A stretch of DNA of 63,207 bases, the filler included, from Dugesia japonica (taxonomy: Eukaryota): assembly GCA_001938525.1 (NCBI GenBank). It is 6 parts of 6 records of this genome, joined end to end, with 100 filler letters (N's around TTAATTAATTAA, not from the genome) between each part and the next. Parts side by side here need not be neighbours in the genome. Positions count along the whole stretch, not along the records: positions 42,501 to 53,389 come from MQRL01615738.1; positions 53,490 to 63,207 come from MQRL01594128.1; 4 more parts are not named here. One strand, given 5' to 3'. This document shows, piece by piece, positions 52,301-63,207 of the stretch. The translations under genes were made by a program, and so were the position numbers. A model generated the notes under the pieces. That model was not told the DNA's origin. It made no database searches and saw only the letters and a program-made list of their open reading frames with translations. Every line of letters begins with the position of its first letter. Position 1 is the stretch's first letter.

Positions 52301-54304
52301 AGATATATCCCCCCCGATGAGTCACAGCCCCACCCATTTTTAGCCTCGCCCACTTTTCTTTGGCCATGCTCACTTTTTTAGGCCACGCACAATTTTTTTT
52401 GACTACATCTTTTTGAAAAAAAAATTTTTTTAAAATTTTTTTTCAATTTTGTTTTAAATTTTTTAAAACTTTTTTATTTGATGAGTAATACTTTTTGTTT
52501 GAACAAGGACCTCCTACCCACTACCCAAACTCTCTAACCCCTTCCTCCAGACATTTAGAATTTTTTTTGATGAGTGATACTTTTTTTTGAAAAGACATCA
52601 TAAAATCGAAAATCATCTATACATAACCTAAAAGACTTAAAGGCAAAAATGCTTTCTTTATATAGAAAAGTGAAGTACAATAGAGTAGTTATGTCAGCAG
52701 TAAACCACCTAAAATCACCACTTTTAAAATAAAGACTAAATCAAGTACATACACGCTATGATGACAACCTTGGTATTGTTGAACATAACTGCTATCTCGA
52801 AATTTTAATCTGATGTATTGGTGTCGAGTTATTAAATTTTTGAAATGTTAATTTTTAAAAAGCGCGCACAGACTCAAATTTGATACTATCAAATAGAGAA
52901 TTAAAGTCTACCTATACATTGTCTTAAAGATAAGTATGATAAAATGCATACGAGAAAATCAAATAAGAAAGAACAAAGGACTTTTAAAATTTTTATATAG
53001 GAACCTGTAAAGATACAACAATCTATGTATAGTGTGTTGATATCCGATATCGGTTCCAAAGACATGAATACATTGAATTTATTAGTACAAAGAATTGAAC
53101 CAACGATTACAATTAAGGATACAGTTTTCATCAATTACAATGAATTAAAATTGATTGTATTCGAAAATTCCCAACAATATATGATCCAGGTGGAAATACA
53201 AGGATTCAAGAAAAATGGAGACAACATTAACTCAATTAATACAAAAGTTATTATAATAAATGTTATTTATTTATTTGACTTTTTTTTAATTAACTATATA
53301 TAAATCACAATATTTATAAAGATTGAGAAAAGCATTCAGCAGACCAATCTCAAGAATGAGAGATATCCAAGAAATGATGGCTTACGAAANNNNNNNNNNN
53401 NNNNNNNNNNNNNNNNNNNNNNNNNNNNNNNNNTTAATTAATTAANNNNNNNNNNNNNNNNNNNNNNNNNNNNNNNNNNNNNNNNNNNNAAATTAAAGTA
53501 GGTTAGGTGAATGTGGTGTGTGTGTAAGAGGAAAATTAGACTCGAGGGAGGTGTGGAGATCTTGGGTTTTTATTTTTTGTAGATTTTATGATATAGACGT
53601 GTTGGAATGAAATTACTGTCTATACATTGACTAAAAAACTTATGAAGTAGAATGGATGGTTTGGTCTACAAGGGGTGGTGGTGCACTAGCACAGCGTATT
53701 GAATCTTTTAAGTGGTATAGGGTTGTTGGAAGTTAATGGATTTTGGTGGGTGATGGCTGGTTGAAAAGGTGATGTGATGGGGAGTATGATGGTGTAGGGG
53801 TGGTAGTGAGTTGAAAAATATTTGTTTGATAATTTGATTGGTTAATTTGTTTAAGCAGTATAATGAAATTAAAAATGTTTTCCTTCAGAGGAAACTGGTA
53901 TGGGTGTAAAGGTAATTAATCATTGTTGATTTTAAGATTTAAATAAATTTTTGTTTTCTGTGGGGTGTGGGTGGCGTAATAATGTTTAGAAAAAGGTTGA
54001 TTTTTAAAAAAATTTTGAATCCATTGAAAATGATGTTTTATGAAAAATATATTTTTGAGCAGATTTGATATTTATGTATGGGATTACTGATAGCGTTTTT
54101 AAACAACGAAAAAAGCCGGCTGTGATTAAAATGAGGAAAGAATCATAAAAAAATCAAATAAGAAGCAATCACATAAGAAAAAATTTGAAAATAAGACAAA
54201 GCAATTAAGTATGTTTAAAAAACTGGCAAAAAGTACAGGAAATAAAATAAAAAATGACAAACGGAAAATGGATATCATTATAAACAATTAACGGGTATAT
54301 CTTT

Positions 54305-54627
54305 GTTATTTAAATTATAAAGAAGTATTCCGTTTTTCACAGCCTTGATTAAATCATCAAAATAAAAAAAGATTTTGCAATCTTTTTGACCATATGTTTT
54401 AGATGATTAACTCGAGATTATTGTAAAAGTTGTTCGAGGTTATGCAAATCTGAGAGAAGCTAAAAAGGAAGCATTAAAAAAACATAAAAATACCTTAGTA
54501 CCGCTTTTTAATAAAACATATCGAAAATTGATGAGACGAGTAGTAATGAATAATCAAGGAAGTAGTTTTATAGAAGCATTACTACCAATTGCATTAGCAG
54601 CATTAGGCTTAATTAATTTCAAATAAA
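54305..54627 (+). pseudogene. Polinton small protein ending in a QGSSF-hydrophobic tail
   Basis: RSIPFFTALI..LEIIVKVVRGYANL..LKKHK..RKLMRRVVMNNQGSSFIEALLPIALAALG. Confidence 0.7.
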
Positions 54628-54729
54628 CAATGAACGATTTTGAACAATATTTAAATAAACGTTGAGATGATTGCAATCATTACCTAATTTCTACCAGAAA
54701 TTTGCATCAAATTGTTGTAATGAGAAAAC

Positions 54730-55715
54730 TCAAGATAATATGAACAAATCCAAAATGACTAGCAGGTTTTCAAGGGGTAGGAAAATTGATGAGATCAGTT
54801 CAAAAAAAGAAAAGAAAGATTAAAAAGTGGTTGTCAAAATAGCTGAACAAGCCAATGTTAAAAATATTTTCAGAGCATATAAAACAGATGGTATTGATGA
54901 TTTATGGCAAATGGATCTAAAGAAGATGTTTACATATTCAAAAATTAATAAAGGGTACAAGTCTATTTTGACATGCATAGATGTATTTAGTAGATTTGCA
55001 AGAGCTGTTCCAGTTAAATCAAAATCTGTTAATGATATGAAAGTGGCAATCAAGTCAATGTTTAAAAATGGATATCCATATAATTTACAAACGAATTTGG
55101 ATAAGGAATTTTACAATTCTAAAGTGAAACAACTTACAAATTATCTAAAGTTAAACCATCATAATGTATTCTCTCAGTATAAAGCTGCATATTTAAAAAG
55201 ATTTAACAATACATTGAGAGATATTAGAAAATTGACTTTGTACATGTAGATAATAAGACTTGGATAAATGTTTTACCAAAACTTATTCATAGTTATAATC
55301 ATTCTGGCTATAAGGAATTAAATGGAACAAGGCCGCTTGATGTAAGTACAATAAATTAAAGTTGTGATTAGTGCAAAAACATCAAAAAGCAGATAAAAAA
55401 CCAAAGAATAAAATTCATGATAAAGTAAAAATCTCGAAAATATCAAGAATTACAAAAGTTATTGGAATAATGAAGTGTTTTAAATAATAAAAATAAACAC
55501 AAAACTAAATCAAGTCATGTATGTTATTAAAGATTATGAAGATAATATTGTACAACAAAGATTCTATGAACAGGAATTACAATTTATTCCACCACCAAAG
55601 ATATTTAGAATAGAAACAATCATCAAATCAAAATGAACAGGAAAATAAAACAATACTATGTAATGTGGAATGAAATATAAAAAACAAGTGGTATATTAGC
55701 ATCACAAATAGTCAA
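54730..55715 (+). pseudogene. Polinton retroviral-like c-integrase with C-terminal chromodomain remnant
   Basis: GIDDLWQMDL..ILTCIDVFSRFARAVPVKSK..LQTNLDKEF..KRFNNTLR; FYEQELQ; FRIETII..YYVMW. Confidence 0.9.
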
Positions 55716-55739
55716 TCATGAAACAAATTCATATGAAAT

Positions 55740-56050
55740 CAAGTAATTTCTATCACTTTTACCAAGTAATAACTGTTTTCTTAATCAACCGGATAATAAT
55801 GCTAGTAAATTCATTGTTGAATTTCAAAATCCAATTTATATGGATGGTTAGTATTAAGTAAAACCTTTAGATTTTACCTTTTTATATCAAACATTTCGGT
55901 TATATAGCAATTCTAAAATTCAATATATGACATCTAAAAATATAGTAAATGAAATAACTGTTTCACTTAATCACAAAGTAAAAGTGATAAAACATGAGTT
56001 ATCTTTAGTTTCTATGTTACGTATTAAATGCTCACGGGAATATTAACAAT
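55740..56050 (+). pseudogene. Polinton minor capsid protein N-terminus
   Basis: LPSNNCFLNQPDNNASKFIVEFQNPIYMDG matches the LPSN...PxN...F...PI.L.G pattern. Confidence 0.65.
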
Positions 56051-56329
56051 ACTATTAAATTATTGAGCTTAGCAACCATCATTTTGTATGATCCAATCAG
56101 AACAGCCTCATTATTCATTAACCTTTCTTTCTACTGTGGTCTTTTCTCATTTTCTATTGGTTTTCTCTTTTCTTTTATTTTACTAATCTACTCTCACTCT
56201 TTAATGTAACATAGAAACTAAAGACGATTCATGTTTTATCACAATGTGTAGTAGGTCACATGTTGTGTGTAATGATTATGTATTATTCATAATTTTAATA
56301 AATAATTAATCCAGGTTTGAAACTTTGAT

Positions 56330-58000
56330 GTGATTAGTTTCTTGGTATTTAGCATAAAAGTGATGGCTTTATGGTCTGTTCTGAGTATAAATCATTTCCC
56401 ATATAAGTAATGTTTAAAATAAATACAAAAGTAGTAAATTGCTAGCATCTTCTTAACGCATTTTGGTTAACCAAAGTTCTTAATTGCTTCTATTTTAGTT
56501 AGATCTGTTTTGAAACCTTTTTACTGATAACGTGTCCCAAGAATTTGATCTTCTTTCGCATGAATTGACATTTTCTAGGATTAACTCTTAGAGCAGCCTT
56601 CTTAATTTCTGTTAATACTTTATTGATTATTTCATAGAGTTGCTCTTTTGTTTCGGTAAATATAGAATATCATCTAGATAAACCATTGCTTCTTTTATTT
56701 TTCCGATTATTTTATTCATCATTTCTTAGACCGTACCTGGTGCTGCTGCAATTTCAAAAGACATTATATTGAAACAAAATTGCCCTTGTTTAGTCGAAAA
56801 AGCCATCTTTTCTTGAGAATCTTCACTGAATTCTACTTGATAATATGTATTTCCCAAATCTATGGAGCTAAAATACTGAGTACCTTCCAAAGCATCAAGC
56901 ATTTCGGCCACATTTGACATAGGAAAAGCTTGTCTTTCTGTTATTGGATTGAGCTGTCTAAAGTCTAGGCACAATTGTATATCCTTTTTTTCCTTTTTCC
57001 AAACGCACATTAATAACGTATTCCATTGCAAATCACACTTCCGGATGATACCATTATCATAAAGATTCTTGATGGCCTCTTCAATCTTCTCCTTTAGATT
57101 CATTGGTTGGCGATATGGTTTTATGTTGATTGGACCTTCTTTAGTGATTATTCGATGCTTCGTTAAGTGTGTGCATCCAATGTCCCATTTATCCGCCATA
57201 AATACATCCTCATTATTCTGAATAATCGCAGTCAATCTATGATCTTTGTTAATTTCTAGAATCTCCATTGCATGTCTCAATTGTTCACCTGTCTATATCT
57301 GTCTTCCAAATTCTTGCCTCGATATTGCAAAAAAACCTTTCTCGATGATTATTGATACATACGCTTCACGTTTTTTGAAGATAATATCCAAAAGTATTCT
57401 GAAATTCCCCTCCACCAATTAAATCTGCTAATAATGTTTTTACTTTTATAAATGTTACTTCCTTGCACACCTCTGAAACTACAACTTCCACACGAATCTT
57501 TCCAATTGTTTCCAAAGAGCTGTTATTCGCGCAATGCAATCGTTCCTCGCTTTTTTCTATTAAATTAAATTAGTCTATTAAATCCTTTTATGCTCATCAC
57601 ATTTATTCTTGCTCTAGTATCCAACAAACCATCAAACTGCCCACCCTTGATCATCACTGAAATGCTAGGTCTCCCTTGCATTTAGCATAAGAAATTTCTG
57701 CATTCTGTTTTTTTTCAATTATTACTCTCACTTCTGCTTTGTTAACTTCCGCATTATTGAAACTTTCTCTTTTTAGGAATCTGTAAAACTTTTCTCTCAC
57801 TTTATTCGTCTCATCCAATTTCTCGGCCTCTTGAGGATATTCAAACAGTATCTCGTTTAATGAATGGTTTCGACCAACTCTTCTACTGATGGAGCCCTGC
57901 CTTTTGGTATTTTCTTATCAAATCTTCATTTTCTATTATGTTCTCAGAAAATCTCTCTTCATTCTCATCATAAAATTCTACTCGAATGACATGAATTGGT
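56330..58000 (-). mobile_element. Ty3/Gypsy gag end, protease, RT and partial RNase H; same family as 35965-37999
   Basis: QGRPS, LLDTRA, FMADKWDIG, LCLDFRQLN, YLDD, LRTDHKAITFM. Confidence 0.92.
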
Positions 58001-58299
58001 TTTTTCCTACTCAAATCTTTTCGTTTTCCTAAAATTTTCATAAAATTTTCAAAACAAAATCTCTTGCTATTAAATTAATCATTTTAAAATTTTCTGAACT
58101 TGCAAAACTAAATTGACATTTTCAAAAATTCTAATTTATTTTAATTTCTTAATTAATTTGTGATTTTGAATTTTTTGTAAAAAAAGATTTTTTAAAACAT
58201 AATCTCCAACCAGAGCATAAAAATTTTTAACTTGCTTCTAAACTACTCAAAAAAGACATGAAAAATCTTATATGAAAAATTAAATAACACTTTGGAAAT

Positions 58300-58980
58300 A
58301 TTTTAAAATACCAACAGAGTCAAAAATATCTATAAATAAAAAATTAAATGCTACTGAGAAAACCTCTAAAATAAACCGATGAAAATCTTATATAAAAATT
58401 TTAACTATTTAAAAATTAACTGCATAAACTTAACAGATTAAAATACTACTAATGAAAAATTTTAAAATAGTAAAAATTAAAAACAAATACACTAAAGAAT
58501 TAACCTATGTGAAAATACTACAAAGTAAAATTCATATAATAAAAATTTTAAATTAACTTCTAAAATTTAACTACCTAAAATCAATTGTAAAATACTGCCG
58601 GTGAAAGTCTTTAAAAACATTTAATTCTACGAAAAATTGCTCTATGTAAAAATTAAAGACTTGACTACTTGAAAATTACTCCAAGTAAAAATTAACCAAT
58701 GTAAACTTACTCTATGTTAAAGTTCTAAAATAAACTACTAAAATCAATTGTAAAAATATTATCGGCTAAAGTCTTTTATAAAAAATTTAATTCTAAAATT
58801 AACTGCTAAAACTAAACCTATTAAAATTATAGAGGGAAAAATTACTCTATTTTAAAATTCTAAAATAAACTATCAAAATATTATTTAGAAAATTTAATAC
58901 CTGTAAAATTTAACTAATAATTTATCTGTTAAAATTATCCTAGTAAAATTAACTATAAAATATTATTCGAGCAAAATTAT
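58300..58980. repeat. Degenerate A-rich tandem repeat (AAAATTAACT core)
   Basis: Recurrent aaaattaact/aaaattactc units. Confidence 0.5.
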
Positions 58981-60273
58981 TATATAATACTATATTGAAA
59001 TTTCTTATTTATTGTTATTATTATTATGTATTTGTAATTATTATTATTATTAGTATAATTTATTATGTATTTATCATTATGTATGCATTATACGTATAAT
59101 TTATTATGTATTTATTATTATGTTCAGATGGTCTCTTATTGCTATTCATTAAATTTTTTATTCATTTCTTTTAAAACGGATATATCCTTTTTCCTAAATA
59201 CATTTGAATTCGTAATTCGTTGCTTGCTTTTACCTTTTCTTTACAGCTCACCCTTGCTATTTCATTTTATACAGGTTGCGTTCTTCAAAGCTACATTATG
59301 ATGTTAATTTACAATGTAAACACGAAGAATTCAAAAACCCTTTATTGGAAATAAGTTCATCATCTGAATCAATCAGTAATTTGATAAATACTAGTAATAT
59401 TATTTATCAATCAGCACATTTTGACACATAAAACTTTGAAATATATTGAATACAAATAATAGCAAAAGATAAATAAGTTTAGAAAACAAACTCTTTTCAA
59501 AACCTTTTGGAAAACAAATGCTTAAAACTAGGAAGAAAAAAAGTGAAATTTATAACTAATCCAGAATCGATGTTTACAGAGTTAAATATGGTAACGACAT
59601 AAGCAGCATGTATAAAAGAATATGCTGAACTTCTAAAATAAATATTTGACATTGTAACCTAAAAACCTTTGGATGAAAAATATTAATCACGTATATTTAA
59701 TTAAAATTAAAATGAATTATTAAAGTCGGAGATAAATGTAATTTTTATTTAAAGTATGATTAAATAAAATGCAAACGTTGAAAAAAAAAGTTCTTCACTG
59801 ATCAAAATTATATTTCATTTCATTAATATTAAAAAAAATAAATAACATCAATTCATCTAGAATAGCGCTCTATTGTTATTACGATGTCATTTTAAATTAA
59901 ACTAATTAATCCACATCATTGCTTGTTTTAAAGTTATTTGTACAATGGTATTAAAATAAATGTTATTGAAAAGTGGTTGTATTATTGTATTTTATGTGTA
60001 AAAAATTATATTCTTTAATAAATTTACATATCCTATACAATTTTGCACACAACTATAAGATGTGAATCAATTTCTCTCGTACAAAGCGGTACGTCAATCA
60101 TTTCGTTAAATATTTTTTATACTTGTTGTAAATCAATCTCAAATGTATTGAATAATTATTGAGTTGTACTTTCATTGTTTAAAGTCAGTTATTTTATATT
60201 GTTGTTTTTCTACATTCTTTATCGTCATTTTAATTAATTAATTTAGTATCAAATTACATATATTTTTGTAACA

Positions 60274-60338
<65 letters not shown>

Positions 60339-60449
60339 NNNNNNNNNNNNNNNNNNNNNNNNNNNNNNNNNNNNNNNNNNNNNNNNNNNNNNNNNNNNNN
60401 NNNNNNNNNNNNNNNNNNNNNNNNNNNNNNNNNNNNNNNNNNNNNNNNN

Positions 60450-60516
<67 letters not shown>
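60274..60516. repeat. (ATT)n microsatellite spanning a gap
   Basis: Direct inspection. Confidence 0.95.
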
Positions 60517-60518
<2 letters not shown>

Positions 60519-63207
60519 ATTTTGATTATACATTAAACATGTTTGATTAAATATTTCTACGGATCATTAATTATTTAATAAAGATAATTAATCTCAATAA
60601 AACATATATGTTTCATCGGCGGTAAAAAAAAGTAACGATATAAAAGTGATAAAATTGAAACAATTGAACGGTTTAACTAAAAATGAATAAAACAATAGAA
60701 AATGACGTAAAGAAAAATACAGGTGTTATACAGAATGTTTAAGTATTTAAATTGAAAATTAAATTTTCTCAATTGACACTTCGTAAATTAAATAGAAAAA
60801 TTATCAAATAAATGTCGGAAATTTAGTTATAAAAATGAAAAAGATATAAAATTGCTAGCAAAAATAGACATAAAACAAACAACTCATTCCTATTTATATT
60901 ACAGAAGCGCCAAGTTTTGACGACATATTTGTCAAGTTCAAGTAGCTATAATTATCAATTGACGATGTGTAATAATACGAAAAATACCATTTAGATTATT
61001 TATTAATTTACAGAACAAATAAAATATTAGATAAAATATTTGCATATTTTGATATATTTTTAAAAAATAAAGAAATTTAGTTAAAAAAAATAAGTAAAGC
61101 TATTTAAAATAAAACTTTAAAGTTATATATTTTGACAGACCACTCGTCATCATGAGACAAAAATGAAAAAAATGAGTTTATTCAGTCTTAATTATTTAAA
61201 CAAAGATTAATGCCATTATACTGAATATAAGACGGCGATAATTTTAAAAAATCTTAATTTTTAAATTTTTTTTGAAAGTTTTAAACATTTATTAAAGTTA
61301 CTACAAGCAAATGGATATAATAAACAATTTTTAAATTCATTGACTTCGCAGACTATTGACAAAATATTGGTTGGTAATAATATTGATTTCGATAAAAAAG
61401 ACTGAAACTGGATTGACTAATCCTGAACCTGATAACACTTTATCAAACTGTATTGGAACATTTGTTTTATCGATTCCTTATTCTGAAGGATTTAAAAAGT
61501 TTAAGAATTCGATTCTGTAAGCTGCTAAGGATCTTCCTTTATTGAAATTTGTTTCTACTTCACATAAGATTGTTAATAGCTTTGTTAATAAATCCCATAC
61601 AGCANTTTGTTTGTGTTCTAACCTTGTTTATCAATTTAAATGTTATTTGTGTGTGAAATCATATACATTAAAGAGACTGCTCGTCATCTTTATATAAGAG
61701 TTCAAGAGCATAATCATTTTGGCGGTGATAGTAATATTGATGAGCATTAAAATAAAAATCAAAGTAAATGTAATGCGAATTTTGAAATTTGAAATTTCAA
61801 AATTTTGTCTAAGTAATTAAATATTACTGGGAGAGAGTGTTGTATGAGACGTTAATGATTAGATTTCATAATGCCAGTCTTAATGTATAGATAGCTCTTT
61901 CGACTAAATTGATTAAAAAATTTTGAATTTCAATATATTTTCATACATTATGTGTTTCGTATTGTAGTTTCTAAAATATTTTTCAATTTTTTTTATTATT
62001 TTTTAGGTCTTGAAAAGACTTTAAAGAAAACTTTTTTTAAAATAATTTAAAATTAAAAAGTTTTACATATTTTTTTGAAAATTTTCTTTGATTTTATAGG
62101 TGTTAAACAGTAATTTTAATAAAATATTATTATAGAGAATTAAAGTTTCTTTGAAAAATTGTTAAAATTTAAAAATTAAGAATTTTTTAATTTAAAAATT
62201 ATAACCATCATATATTCACTATAATTGCATGAATCTTTGCATAAATAATAAAGGCTGAATAAACTCATTTTTTCATTTTTGTCTGATGATGACACCAGGC
62301 TGATCTGTCGAAAAATATAACAATAAAGTTTTATTTTAAATGGCGTTATTTATTTTTTATAAAACATGTTCCATCGTTTTTTACAAATTTAGTTATTTCG
62401 AATGAATTTTGAATTAAATTTATAAAAATATTTGGTTTCAACAAATTGAAAGTGTTTTGTTTTAATATTTTTTAAAAACTTTAAAGTTATTTATGTATTA
62501 TTTTAATATAAGATTTTTTAATTTAATTTAAATAATATGTTAAAAAATAAATTATTTTTAAATTTTTATTATTATAGTAAACTGTATTTTTCTAGATTTT
62601 CTTTAATTAAAAATGATAAATTTTCAAAATTTATTTTTAATTTTTAATATTAAGTTATTTCAATGTGTGAATATCTTTGTATTTAATATAATAAATCAAC
62701 CTTATTTTGGAATTTTCTTTTGAAATTCAATCATAATTGTTATAATCATTTTTTTTTGGAAGAAAATTTCGAAAGTAAAGTTGGACTTAACCATTGATAG
62801 TATTTGAGAATCTCTTTAATTATAAGCTTGAATCAAAAAATATTATTTTGCTCTTTTTTTTTAATTTTAGTTCTTGATAGTTTAATACGTTAATGTATTA
62901 ATTTTTTTATAAAAAAATTTGAAAGATTTTCAATCAAACTTAATTAAAAAAACTTTTTTGAGATTTAATTTTAAAATAAAAAAATTATATTTTAAATAGA
63001 CCAATAGAATTTTGATAAAAAAAATAAAGAATTTTACAGCAAAGATCTATTGTCGTTTTGAATCTATCAAAAGGTCATTTCATTCCTGAAGAAGAAAAGT
63101 GTCAAAAATTTTAATTTCTATAAAAACACATTCCATTTTGATGGAAGCTTTTTCTTTATTTTAATGAAATATAAAAATTATAATTTTTTATTTAACTCAC
63201 TTTTTAT

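Overview
This window is not one locus. It is six pieces of roughly 9-11 kb joined by artificial 100-bp spacers (44 N + TTAATTAATTAA + 44 N), from an AT-rich animal genome (kringle and TRAF domains, 41-44 bp GT-AG introns). It is dominated by decayed mobile DNA: at least four Polinton/Maverick (adintovirus-like) remnants carrying protein-primed PolB, adenain protease, minor capsid, c-integrase and pX-like genes, six Ty3/Gypsy fragments, and one mariner. Host content is a spliced eIF4A-family DEAD-box helicase gene, a divergently transcribed unknown gene, a kringle exon, an intronless TRAF pseudogene and a duplicated array of short unknown ORFs. The standout is a ~346-aa intein with a LAGLIDADG homing endonuclease (20450-21488, minus strand). 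It is inserted exactly in the catalytic YxD|TD motif of a Polinton protein-primed PolB and resembles, from recall, the Mimivirus PolB intein. Two intein-free pPolB alleles occur elsewhere in the window. All seven single-base ambiguities in the intein fall on third codon positions, which hints at several copies under purifying selection. All homology calls come from manual translation and motif recognition; no database search was run.
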